The notes under the pieces were generated by a model. It made no database searches. It had not been told where the DNA came from and saw only the letters and a list, made by a program, of their open reading frames with translations. The translations under genes were made by a program, and so were the position numbers. This document shows positions 1 to 11,990 of a DNA stretch of 64,000 nucleotides, piece by piece (the stretch's first letter is position 1; the number at the start of each line of letters is the position of its first letter). The stretch is from Klebsormidium nitens (Eukaryota > Plantae > Klebsormidiophyceae): the NCBI GenBank assembly GCA_000708835.1, contig DF237072.1:121779-185778 (forward strand), in the 5' to 3' direction.

Positions 1-559
1 TGTAAGACTAATTAATCTATTGATCTGCTCTGCAGGAAGCGCCGAAGAAGGAAAAGGCCTGGAAATCCGGGAATCGGAATTTCATTCCAGACAGCTGCAA
101 AACATTCTTTGGAGTTGGGCACAGCTTTGTGGGCGCAGATCCGCCTCCGTTCTGCTGTGCTCTGCTTGAAGTACTTTGTTTTGAATTTTGACTTTCAAGA
201 GAGCTGTTTGTTCCTGCGGGCAACAGGTTTTAATGCGACCCCGTCCAGGCTGTTTCAAATTGTCCGAGACGGCGCTCGCTGAGCCGGCATTGATTCGGTG
301 CCTCTCTTCCGCTTCCTCCGTTTTTCTACGTTTCTTTCCATTCCTTTCCTTTCAGATGCGCATTGATCTCTGCAAGTCCTTGCCTTTGAGTTCCACCCCT
401 GCCCTCGGTGACCGGGAGTTCCGCTTCCGACCATTCCGAACTCTGTAACTAGACTGTGGTTGGTATAATCAAAACACGGGTTGCCAGCATGATTACGAGG
501 AATACCTTCGTTCGGCGGTTTTATCTCGTCCAGGAGGCATTTCTCTTCTCGTTTACTTT

Positions 560-1250
560 ACGTTTCCTCTGCGTGCGCGACGGATCCCCATCCTCGGCGG
601 CCGCCGCTTTCGAGGGTTCCGCTCGGACGCGCGCGCGCAGCTGTCGCTGAAGCGGAGACTCCGGGATGTGAGGAGCTTGCAGCGCACGCGCTTGCGTCAT
701 CTGGCCCGTCTGGTCCTTTCAGATCCTTTGGAAAATGAGCCGCGCGGTAACCGCCCTTCAAACGCAATTACTAAGTGGCGGCTAGTCCGGGCGCCGGCGC
801 CGCGCCCGGGCGCCAGCGCCGCACGCGCGCGCGCAGTTTTGCCTGTGGAAGCCTCAGCAGCGGCCTCAGCCTCAGACCGGGCGCGGGCATCTGACATAAT
901 TGACAATAGGTTGGCCGAAGGTGCAGCTACTGTGGGCGGTCCGCAAACCTGATAGGAAAGCAAAGAGGTCAGTGCGTGGCGGAGAAGCCAGATCGCTTCG
1001 TAACGTAAATGATAGAAGAGGTCGATCAACTGCGGCCATTGGGCGAGCGGTGCGAAGACGCGCGCGCGTCCCAGCGCTTCGCTCTCAAAGCTAAGAGGTC
1101 GCGCGCGAACCGACGCGCTGAAGTCAGGGTTTTAGATCCAGGAACAGCGTCGCCGCCGTTTGATTATGAGGCGCGGCCGCGCGCCGGCGCACTGACATAC
1201 ACGCGGGCTTGTGAAGTTGTGCTGCTCGACTCAGCCGCTAAACAAAGCCG
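560..1250. promoter_or_regulatory. GCGC/CGCG-rich island, putative promoter of the F-box gene at 1305
   Basis: Dense GCGCGC runs, GCGGCCGC near 1171 and CATTGG near 1036, directly upstream of the ATG at 1305. The same motif style precedes the other F-box ORFs. Confidence 0.4.
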
Positions 1251-1304
1251 AAATTGTACGGTCCTGAATCTTCATCATGTAGGTAAATTGGTAAAGAACC
1301 TATC

Positions 1305-2321
1305 ATGGCCCGGGCGCCAGGCTTTCAGGAACTCCCTCACGAGATCCTCTTGCTCATCCTGAACAAGCTTGCTAGTCAGGACACCCTGGCCTTTCTGCGG
1401 TCCACTTGGGTCTGCAAGGCTCTTTACACAGCGGCAGAGGAGATTCCGGGGGTCTGGAAACAACAGTTTAACGCGCCTCTTGGAGCGAAGCTAGAAATGG
1501 TTGCGGAATTTCAAAACGGAAACTTCTACAAAAGAGAGAGACTTTTTTTGGACGCGACGATAAATGTCATGGGGGGATATAAGCGTCTGTTGGCAGCGCG
1601 ATGGGAAACGAGGGGCTGTGAAAGTTCCGAAAAGAATCTTCATGAACAAACGCAAGGGCCAGATAACACCTTTACCGATTGCCCCAGGTGCAGCTTGCAG
1701 TCAGCAGAGAACAGTTACGTATTGATCCTGGTCAGACTACGCGGAAATTCTGTCGCCTTCGGTGTCTATGATACGCAGAAGAAGCAGGCGTGCTTGAAAT
1801 TGGGTAAGCATGACGCGTGGGTTAAAGAAAACGGGTTAGGACCAGTTACGGGCATTCTTCTTCGGCCTTTAGTATCTCGCGAAAAGGTCAAAGCTGAGCT
1901 CAGGCGGGAGAACCTGAAAAACGCCGCTGGCAAATTTGACCAAGAACTGCTTAGACCTGATCTGGTAAGCGTCGAGTTTTACGCTTTCGGCGAGCCAATC
2001 ATTTCCAGGAATGGCTCATTCGCTACACCAGGAATGCTTCGTTACGGAAGCTTTGTAGCGCAGAAAGCTAAGACCAACTGGATCTCGAATCCTTGGTGGC
2101 CCTTCGAGTGGTTTAGCTTGGTTGGCACGGTTTGCCGGCCCCGGTTGTGCCGTCCCGGGCGCGCAGAGGGGAAGAATAGACTGTCAAAAGTGCCTGGTTC
2201 AGGAGCCCGGGAACTTTTTGCGGTGCTGGATTTCGAAACGTGGCAACGGCCTGGCTGGAGGTTCTACTGGGACAAGCTGCATAACCCGGACGCCTTTTGG
2301 AAGTGGGCTCGGTTGCTGTGA
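1305..2321 (+). CDS. Intronless F-box-domain protein (338 aa), lineage-specific family
   Basis: N-terminal F-box-like motif FQELPHEILLLILNKL...LRSTWVCKALY. The downstream GGYKRLLAAR and LILVRLRG.. motifs are shared with four paralogues at 49-57 kb. ORF uninterrupted. Confidence 0.8.
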   Translation: MARAPGFQELPHEILLLILNKLASQDTLAFLRSTWVCKALYTAAEEIPGVWKQQFNAPLGAKLEMVAEFQNGNFYKRERLFLDATINVMGGYKRLLAARWETRGCESSEKNLHEQTQGPDNTFTDCPRCSLQSAENSYVLILVRLRGNSVAFGVYDTQKKQACLKLGKHDAWVKENGLGPVTGILLRPLVSREKVKAELRRENLKNAAGKFDQELLRPDLVSVEFYAFGEPIISRNGSFATPGMLRYGSFVAQKAKTNWISNPWWPFEWFSLVGTVCRPRLCRPGRAEGKNRLSKVPGSGARELFAVLDFETWQRPGWRFYWDKLHNPDAFWKWARLL

Positions 2322-3415
2322 AAACAAAGTATCCAATCTAGTACGACCGTTGTGTAATCTGAGTGGTTTCTAGTAGACTTTGTCCCTTGTAGTTAAGAAT
2401 CAGTTGTCTAAGGGAGTTTCTCCCTTGTAAGGATCAGCTGACATTGACAAGCCATTTTGGAACTCGGATTCCGTGCGTCTACTCAAATCCACAGCCTTTC
2501 GAGTTTTGCAGGCGGCCCGTTCTCAGCTGTTTTAGGCTGCGTAACCGACAACAGTCTATGCCGAACATGTAAGCGGTGGGCATGTTACGATGCATTCAAT
2601 TCATTTTGTAAATGCTCGAGCACCATAAGTCGTGAAATTTAGGCCCTGTAACAACAGCCGTCAGCTAGGGAAACATGTAGTCACTGCGTTTGGACCAAAG
2701 ACGCGGCTAACAGCATGCATTTACGGTCCAAAGTCGCTCACATTGATCCTAAACCTCATCTAGACGTTCAAGCAAAGCGCGTAGGGCCTTCTCATGGGCA
2801 CATCATTCCATGCCATGATAAAACTAAGCCAGTTAAGTGAGATGGTATGCATGCTTTTCTGCACGATGCGCATTTATAGCTCAAATTGGTGATGCGGCGT
2901 CAAAAGACGGTGCAGCGCTTGAAGCGAGCATTGCTTGCCAAGGCCGGGCGGAATAGGAGCATGCGTCAAATCAAGCTAGTCTCGTGAAGCATTGACGGAA
3001 ATCAGAATCTTCCAGATTTCTGTATCTACAACATGGCCCTTTCTCTGAAAAATGATGGGCGCCTTGGGAACAATGATATGAGATACGACTTAACGTTCGT
3101 GTGTAATCGTAGGCCAGAGATCTAACTTAATCGGAAAGGGGCCCATAATTATGGATACGTTCCAGGTTTGAAGTCTTTACGGAACCATTTTTAGAGGCAA
3201 CCAAGTGCATACCTGGAATGGATTACATCTCCGGAATAGGGCCGGCTGCTGCGCGCGCGAGCTGTTTACCAATCATTAACAAAGGCCCAGATTCTCTCCG
3301 AAATGAAGCTAGGCAATACTCTCAGTGTGACTGGCTTCAGAGCGCATTCCGAGCTCCTTAATCCTATACGAAACTATGATCGTGTACTCAACATATGCAT
3401 TATAGGTTCCCTGCT

Positions 3416-6400
3416 TTACATGTTCTTCGACGCAGCCCCGCGCCCCGTGGCGCGTATTGCGAGCTCCTTTAGAATCAGGCCGTAGCACGACCCGCTTTCT
3501 GTCGTCTTATCGTACTGCAGAAGTTCTTGCACCCGCGCCAGACCGTCCTGGAGAGTGCGCAACCTGCACGAAGGGAATGCAACTGGATCGGCCTACAAGA
3601 TACGTTGGGCTTTTCCGACCGGTACCAGACTCGTTGAGATATTCACGTCAAACTCGATCACGCTGCCAGTGTTCGAATTTTCGCGCGATGCAAAACAGGC
3701 AAGAATTCAGAAACAATAGGCCGTGCGCAGGCAAAAAAATTCGAGGGTCTGGCAAGGGCCACCTTCATGCAAGTGGTGGGTGGATCGACCCCGGTTTGAA
3801 AAGCGTCAGACCGGCTTTGGGTTTGCTGGCTTTGAAGGCGGGAAAAAAGTCTCCCAAGAAAGTTTGAAACAATCAAGACGGTAAAAGCCCCCGTGCGCTG
3901 CCGTTTCTCTCGGACTGGATCTAGAACCAGGAGTTTGCTTCCCTTGCTTTTGGCCCTACCTCGCGGGGTCGTCCAGGATCGCCCGGATGACGTCATTCAG
4001 GCGGCCCGTGATGTCATCCGTCTCCAGGTTGACCGTGAACGTGTCGTAGTCCAGCAGTCTGCTCCGCTCGAAGGGCCGGTCGAACGCGCGGAAGAAGCTC
4101 ACCGGAATGCACCCCATTGAGATGGCCTTCCAGAAACGGGCTGTGTCCTGCGGACAGTTAAAAGTAACCAGGACGGTCTTTAACTCAGGAATCATCAGCG
4201 GCAAGAATATAAAGCTCCGAAAGTGATTTTGAATCCAACCCAACAATCTTTCTGCTCCGCACCCTCGCCCACGTCTCTAAACCGTGAAAGTGACGCCATA
4301 AGGGATCCCAGGCTGGCGAGCTTGATTATCGTTAACTATCTTTTTTTAAGCAACCCGCATTGGCCGCATTAGCGGCATTCGCTCTCCATACGCACCGTCG
4401 AAGTATTACGTGGACCTCGGGTCTGCTGTGACAGGGAGAGGCGAGAAGCAGTCGGGTCCCAACTGATTTCTAAGGACAAACGGTTCCTTTCTCTTCGACC
4501 ATCTCTTCGCAAGTAACGACAACACAACACATCCCTCGGTCCCTGGTTCCAGAAGCGAGCTGCGTGCAATGTTCAGATGCCAAAGCGCAAGCTTCTTGGA
4601 CAGGCGCACGTGGCTAAGTGAAAGGAATCCGCGGACCGACACAAGCTAGTCGAAGAAAAGCTTGCACGCCCTCAGTGTTTGTCTATGCGAAGAGGCCAGT
4701 CATTGAGCGGCGAAGCCTCGCTACGTGTTTCCGAAAAAGAAAGCGCAGACACAAACGAATTTGGCTGCCAACCAGGCTGAGTACGAGTCCTGAGTCTCAG
4801 TCCTTTGGACAAGAGGTGGTTACCCTTGTTTTAACCTCGGCAAGGCTGGTACCCGCCCGAGTCCGTTTATGGGACAGCTAACCACGTTTTGACCGGCTCA
4901 TAACCATCCGTAATCAAGGGCCAAATCTTCGTGTGAGAAACATGATGCGGACGGCTCACCTGCGTGTCTCCGGGCGGTGTGACACAAACACAGCTAACCA
5001 CTTCTTGACCAGCTCATAACCGTCCATGGTTACTAAGGGCCAAAACTTCGTGTAAGAAACACGATGCGGACGGCTCACCTGCGTGTTTCCGGGCGGTGTG
5101 ACGCAAAACACTGCCCGGCTCATGTCGGCGAGCGTCTCCTCCGCTGTTCGCGCCGCAAAATCCGACCCCGGAAAGGGATCCCTCACCCACTGCTCGTGCA
5201 GTTCCTTTCGGATTTCGTGGCCGTACCGAGCACCGTGCTGGTCTCGGGCCGAGAATCGGTACAGCAGTGGGATGCTCCGGTTGCTTTCGAGCGGGCGGAC
5301 AATCTGCAGCAAAAGGACGGTTCCATGGGCCCCAAAAGTTCAAGCGCTCTGGAAACGGAAGAGACTGATGCCGAAACGAATAACCTGAAATCGGGCCAGC
5401 CTTTCACCCCCGAAAGGATGCCTTCTCTCCAACTAAGCAAATCCGCAGGGAGTCTTACGTACTAAATGTCAGGATGGCGGACGGGAGAGCTACTCAAATC
5501 TACACCAAGAGAGGAGCTCGTGAGAGTCGAAGCAGTTTACCGCGTGACGCTTCGGCTGAGTCGGAGATGAAGGGTTTTCTAGCGATGGGCTGGAATCTAA
5601 GCTGAAGAGCGGTTGTGCACTTGCATAACTACAGAGATTAGATACAATACAAGCTGGGTCTGCTCGGAAAGTTCGGACCAGCAGGGACTTCACCAAAAGA
5701 TAACGTTACGGGCGGCCTGGCCGACTCGGTTCCTGCCTTTGCCTCTGAGGCGTCGAAAGCCGATCCCCAGTTTAAGCAACAGCAGAAAACGCTGGTTGCT
5801 GGAGACACGCCGTCTCCCTAAACGATAAGCAGAGTCGAGACCACGATCCTTGAAGCTTCTGACTGAGAGCGTCCCGTGCTCTCGCAACGAATCTATCTTC
5901 CGTTAGGGACACCGCGAATGGATCAGACCGTCATTTCTGACATTTGTACCGTTTTCAGACGAGCCTTCTCTTAACAAGCGGGATTAATTTTCGGAAGATC
6001 GTAGTGATCTTACAGGTACAGCCTTTTCCGGACCAAGATGGTCTTGCCCACTAATTCTGCCTCTGGTTTAAACGCGACCCAGGAGGTGGTTTGTTAACCT
6101 ACCCGGTTCGGCTTTAACCACATGGGAACCACAACGTCCCGCCCGGGAGCGTGACAGAAGAAGTCGTCAGGGGCGCGGTCAGGATCGTATTGGTGTGCCC
6201 AAGAGCGGGCAACAAGATCGCCATTCGCCTGCACACGAGAAACAAGCCTGGTTTGTGCAGGGCGATTTGACTGAGTCTCGAATATATGCTATTTCGCCCC
6301 TATTTCCCTGCTTCCGTGTGCTTTGGGGAGAGTCACATGTGGCCGAAATCCTAGCAATTTCGCTACGAGAGGTCGGTAAAAGCATCGTAAGTTTGGAAGT

Positions 6401-7953
6401 TCGCTACAGTCACGAGGGAACTTCGGAAAGTAACAGGGGAAAGCAGACCCGAAACACTATGGAACTTCTATGAATGAGCCAGTTAGAATGTCTATTGGGC
6501 CCCCATTTAAAATATGAGAGTCCCCAGTACTGCTTTGACTGGAAGCATCATGCACTGCAGTGTCCAGGAAAACTAAGGATGCCGCTCTGCCAAAGAAAAA
6601 GAAAACGTTTCCTGTCGTCGTTTCAAACGTCCTATCCCCAAAGTCTGCTTCGCAAAGATCCTTTCATCTGTGGCCAGGAAAGGTCCCAGTTTGATTGGTT
6701 GCTGACAGATTGCGGATCGGACCTTTTGCGGAACCTTGCACTCAGGATCTCATGCCTTACGTACAGCCTCTCTGGAAGTCTTTGCTAGTAATCGATGTTA
6801 CTGCCCTCCTGACAAAATGCAGTGAGGTTTGGCCATCATCTGTGCGCTGCTTCCTAGATCTCCTTGGCCAACGATCATCGGGACGTCCGTAGGGGAGCAA
6901 GCTCGACAAAGAATTGCAACCCTGACTGACGTCCAGAGTCCACGGACTCTTGGGCACCACCAATGTGGCCCCAGTAAAACATTCCGGTTTAGGAGCGCCA
7001 GGGGAGTTTGTCTTTGCAGGCTTTCTACAATTTACCTGAACCAGCTCCAGATTGTTGCGCCTACGACCTCAGAATCCACAAACATTCGGGCCCCTTTGCA
7101 GGCATATCCAGCTCGAATGTTGAAAGTATCTAGCTAAAAACAACAGCTCAAATGATGAGATGATCTAGCTAAAAGCACCAGCTCAAATAATGAGAGTATC
7201 TAGCTAAATCCATCAGCCCAAGGTCTGGAGCCTCGAGCTCTCGCGCACCTGAATGCTGATAAGCTGCCCCACTTCCCTCCTTGCATCCTTCAGAAACCCA
7301 TATGCATCGCACCGCCCGTTGTCGTACCCAAACACGGCCACATGGTCCGCCCCGTTCGTCCGGTTCCAAAACGGCCAGCTCGTCCGAACATGGTCCAAAG
7401 CGTCCGACACAAAGCGCGAGGCGTGGGCCACTCCCTCTTTAAACGGCGCACCGTCCTCTTTTTCAAACGACCACTGCGTGTTGAGGTAGTAACCCAGGTA
7501 CATGGGTATGTAGAACAGGCTGGCGGCCTCGGGGTTAAGCGTCCTAACCCGGCTGGTTAACAGGAACCGGTGGAGGTGCACGTCGGTGTCGTATTGAGTG
7601 TCGTGGTATGCGGCCGTCCGGTTGAAGACGTGATCCGTGAAGCGCTTGGGCATGGCATAGACGTAAACAAACCCATCCGGGTAACCCGCGAGCTCGGGAG
7701 CATTTCCCGCACTCCCCTGTCTAGTTTCTAGCGCTACGCCAACGACGTCGCCGGCAGCTTTGGTTACGTCAGCAAAGGGTCTGCTGTCCTTCTGCCCGCA
7801 TAGTAGCCCCAAAGACCCATTCAATCCTGGCCGTGACACCGCTATGTGCAAGCAGTCCAGCAGTAAGACCGTAACCGGGACAAAGCAGTAGACTAAAAGG
7901 GGCACTTTGCAGCTCATGATCATCAACCCAGCTGAAACCCTGTGCGCTCGCAT
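3416..7953 (-). CDS. GT47 / exostosin-family glycosyltransferase, 5 exons, ~463 aa
   Basis: Exons 7953-7249, 6228-6103, 5303-5079, 4147-3960 and 3563-3416, all GT-AG with matching phases. N-terminal TM (LLVYCFVPVTVLLL) and exostosin motifs VYVY, RTLNPEAASLFYIP, FWNRTNGADH, DVVVP, FCVTPPG..RFWKAISMGCIPV. Confidence 0.9.
4874..5112 (-). repeat. ~116-bp tandem duplication spanning the GT47 exon-3 donor site
   Basis: Units start at 4874 and 4990. Both contain CAG|GTGAGC and the end of the exon. The intronic copy has a 1-nt deletion. Confidence 0.9.
7128..7210. repeat. Intronic minisatellite, ~36 bp x 2.5-3
   Basis: Recurring ATCTAGCTAAA...CAGCTCAAATRATGAG in GT47 intron 1. Confidence 0.8.
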
Positions 7954-8299
7954 CTGCTGCACGTCGTTTGCAGCACTCTTTGCTGTCAGCTGAGTAGTAG
8001 AGATCTAGCTTTTAGAAAGCAAGCTCCCAAGTCAAGGTGTCGGTGTCAGCAGCTGCTAGTCAATGAGCTGTCGGGGCGCACACCGCTGGGCTGTTTGAAT
8101 TCTACCGCTTGAGTGGGCAGTGCGCGCGGCAGCTTTGCAGCGGGCAGGCACTCTGTAGACACTCACATACAGAGAAGGACAGCGAGGGCTCTCCGAATAC
8201 GACATGCACTTCCAGCAGTGGTTGCGAGGAGTAGCGACGCATTAGCGGCCGGCGCCACAACATTTATCACAGTGCTCACTTGGTTCAGCAGCCAGCTAC

Positions 8300-9500
8300 T
8301 TAAGCCTTAAGGCGCTGAGCCTATCCTAGCTGACCGGGATGCCACTTGATGACGTAAGATCCGGCGCTTCCCTGGCGCCCCATAGGGCGCAGAATAGGGG
8401 GTGTCGTATGTAGCCCTCACGCTTATTTCGGTGCACACGTCATGAAGTACGTGAATGCCCGGGCCGAGTGGGATTCGCGAATTTAAGGGCCGGGGTCCCG
8501 ACTCTGGAGTGACTCTCATGCAAGTCCCAGCTGAGAGCTCGCTCCATCTCCCCCGGTGGCTTACCCCGAGGATTGAACCTGGATGAGTTAGGGGAACCGG
8601 GACCCCTTTCCAGCTACAGTCGGAGCTTCCTCCCGGCACAAAGTACCGGTATCGTTTTCTGAAGGTTTTCTAGGGACTGCCATTCTCGGACTCAAGCTTT
8701 AATTTATCACGAACTTGCTGGAAGACAGGTTTATGAATACCCGGCAGCACCCGGCTCTTGATTCTTGAAGCTCTCTCACAAGGATACCCGGGGGATGAAC
8801 GGCAGAGGGCCGGGGCGGCTGTCTGGGAGAGTCATATAACGGAGGGCCGAGATGGCATATTTTGGAGCCAGATTGGAGGCTTGGAGCCCAATCCGATCGA
8901 CGCGGGAATTCAAAAATTCCGTATCTCGAGCCAGGTCGGCAAATACCCGGTACGGTACCGCGCACGAGTCGGCGCCTCGTGGCGGCCGGCACCGGGGCAG
9001 GTTCGCCTGTAAAATAGTCATAAAGGTACCACGTACAGACTCCGAACTGTACGTTACGAACTTCTACGGCCCTCATAACCGTCAAGATGTGACCTTGGAT
9101 GCGAGCTGTCCGGGACCCGGGTATTCAAAAACCAAGATCCGTAACCCGGCTTTTTACGCGCCCCGCACCCGCGCCTGTGACCCACCCTAGCCACCCAGCC
9201 AAACCCACCAGTCTCCCGGGTGCCCAGTTGTTGTAACAGGCCTGGGCACACGGGAGATCTACCGTATATCGGAGTCCGACGTTCGAACCGGTAGCCTGGC
9301 CGAACGATTATAGTAGGTCAGTACGTTAGGTACCGTACAAAGTGTACATTGCTACAGACTGGAGTACACAACTACGGTATAACGTACCAAAAGTACTGGG
9401 TATCGTTGTACCGGTATGACAAGTACGTACGGATAGGTACTCGTTTGCCAAAACATTCTGCACACACATGACTGGGTATGCCGGGCTCCGATCCAGCCCG
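8300..9500. other. Non-coding GTAC/CCGG-rich element with a strong hairpin, possibly a non-autonomous transposon relic
   Basis: 11 GTAC in 9321-9440. A 16-bp stem with 1 mismatch at 9212-9257. No TIR/TSD pair identified. Confidence 0.3.
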
Positions 9501-9949
9501 CAGCTGAGCTATACCCCTGATAACTGATTGCTACCATTCCGCGCATGTCGCGGGCCCTATCTGGGAGCCCCGCACTGTTCAAGCAGCTGAATCTGCCGAT
9601 AAGAGTTCAGTTTAATTCAATACGTATTACTGTCCCTTTTCGAGCGCGTTTCATTATCACAAGCTGCTTCAGTATCCTAGTCTCTTATACGTTAGCTCCT
9701 GCATGCGGGCTGACATAAGCGCTCAGGATGATCAGTAATAGGCGTACTGTTGCATGTGCTCTCAATCTTATAGCCTTTCAACTTCCCCCTCTGCTACTTC
9801 AAATCCATAGGCGCGCTAAATTGTTACATTTTTGGAGGCTATGGTTATGTACGACATTCGCTAAGACATGTACATCCTTCAGATCCATTTTTGGAGTTGC
9901 TGATTCCTGAAGGACTCGGTGTCTACCGTACACGAAATCATCGAAATCA

Positions 9950-11400
9950 TCTCAACACACTCACATATTGTCAATCATTGAAGGCGGTCATGACCCTCCT
10001 CAATCTGAGTAATAAATAATAATGAAAGCTCAGAATGCGAGCTTTCAAGCGAACGTTGCGGCGCTCAATAAAGGCCGGCACGGTAGGCAGGCACACCTGA
10101 TACGAGTGTACTTGAGCTGCCGCGACCCAGCAGCCCATGCAAATCAGCCACTGTTCCAGCTGGCAAACAGTAGACTGTAAGCTCTGCGAAATCTGTGTCA
10201 GTATTGTGCAGACCCAGTCCTGAAAGCCTTGGTAACCTTTGGCACTCGCATAAGCTGCTTACCCAATGACGTTTACAAATGGCCCGCACCGGCCTGATGC
10301 AAGCCTTCGTCAGATTCCATAAGGTACAGCTCAGGCCACTGACCATATGCTGGGAACTCCGAGTTCGTTCCTGATCAATCGGGATGATCCGAGCAAACCA
10401 GCAGCTTGTCCGCTTCACTATCTTCATTGCAGTGGCTGAGTTCAGGACTAACAGCTCTCATCGTCTGAAGCGGAAACTTGTCTTTGCAAGGGTCAGCCAG
10501 CTGCTAACAGACCAGCTGCCAAAGAGACAAGCTCAGAACAGCGGCGCAGCGCACTCACAGCTTGCTTGGCGCAGCTGGAAGCATCAAACTAGATCTGTAG
10601 CGGCAACAGCTTAAATGCACTTTTTTATTGCCTCCGCACCTAGCTCACGCCTTACACTCTGCTGAAGTTACGTTCTCTGGGGAAGCTGAAGTGGGCAGGA
10701 TTCTGGTTGAATGGTTGTGGAGTGGTCACACCTCCATATCAAGGCGCGCACTTTTCCGTGCTCAATCCGAAGAGCTGCCGGTGAGTCCTTGTCACTTGAG
10801 TTGGAATGATGAGTGCACGTCTCTTCTGTCCTTTCAGGCCCTTCTGCCACTATGAGGGTCCCAAAAGTTGGAGCTCTGTTCACCCTGGGAGATCCTGCTC
10901 TGCTCTCATATGCTGGTCCTGGATCTAAGCTCATTGGGTCCATGAGACTCTGAGATTTAACTACGTTCCGGTGTGCTTATGATGTGGTGGGCTAGCCTAC
11001 TGTGGTGGCTTCATCTGCATGTATCAATCACTGGTAGTTCACAGGTTGAGCAACGGCCCTTTCTCGCAGGATCAAGCAATCAGCTAAAAGCCTTGAGTAT
11101 ACAACCATTGCCTAGGTTTCATTACGAGCTTTTTGAACTTTGAAATAGCTTTCAGACTGTCACCTTCCGGAAGCTGCCAGAGGGATATCACTGTCATGCA
11201 GATGCAATTTCAGAGGAGTCAGTAGGGGCTGGCCTTGATTCTGCTGGGTTCAAGCTTTTAATGGCAGCTTTGCACTCACTCACGTATTTAACATGGAGCA
11301 CGTTCACAGTGGTTGGGTAGTGGTGGGCTTTCTTTCTGCAAAGAAGCGCTTCCAAGCACACTAGCGCATACCCAACTCGTGAAACAGCTTAAGCCTTCAT
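9950..11400 (-). pseudogene. Decayed LRR-like coding relic
   Basis: Fragments LKAISKFKKL..TQGF*LIA*SCEKGPLLNL, ALRRCSELVSL and LTKACIRPVRAIC resemble RI-type LRRs. Several stops and residual GTGAGT/GTAAGC donors. Confidence 0.3.
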
Positions 11401-11990
11401 CACTTAAACCTTCGCTGAAATCTCGTTCTTCATAACACCTTTGGTTGGATGATCATCTCGATAAGTAAAGGGGATTGCTTTTGTCACCGGTCAGCAGTTA
11501 TCTGTTTGTTGTTCGAACCGACATGGATCACTGGTGGTCTATGTTTTCCTCTCAAGGCTGCTTTGTCTCGAGTGCTCAAGCTTGGTCCGGGTGCTCACGA
11601 TAAATTAGTGCTGTGCTTTCTTTAAGCCTGAAGATAACTTCGTTGTCTGGACACATGCAAGTCACAGACCTGTTCCGAGGTCGTCAGCTGGCACCTTTAA
11701 TTGCTTCCGGACCACCCAAGATTGGCTACTTATTGCAACCTGCTAAGCAGCAGAAAACCTCAGCCTTCTTCTGCTGCCCAACAGTGGCTATAACTCCTCA
11801 TCAACTGGAACAGAACGCAAGAGTCCTTTTGATCTCGATAAGAATTACAGAAACGGGGTTACACGTACGCTCAAAACGACAGGCACCGAGTGTCTGTGCT
11901 GAACGTTTTCTTCTCTCTCTTTTCAGCCTTCTTCAACCACGCCAAGAGCACTGCGCGATTGACACACCTCAACCCAGTCATTGTCCCGGT

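Noticed and set aside
17-1029. Minus-strand gene starting near 897 and running off the left edge
   Set aside because: Frames are interrupted and no consistent exon chain or domain could be built.
8555-8630. Minus-strand A/B-box-like signals (TAGCTGG..GGTTCAATCC) suggesting a tRNA or SINE head
   Set aside because: Only a partial T-arm, an 8-nt loop and no acceptor stem. No tail or TSD found.
9185-9260. Helitron 3' end (hairpin + CTAG)
   Set aside because: CTAG is about 20 nt from the hairpin and is not followed by T. No 5' TC terminus located.
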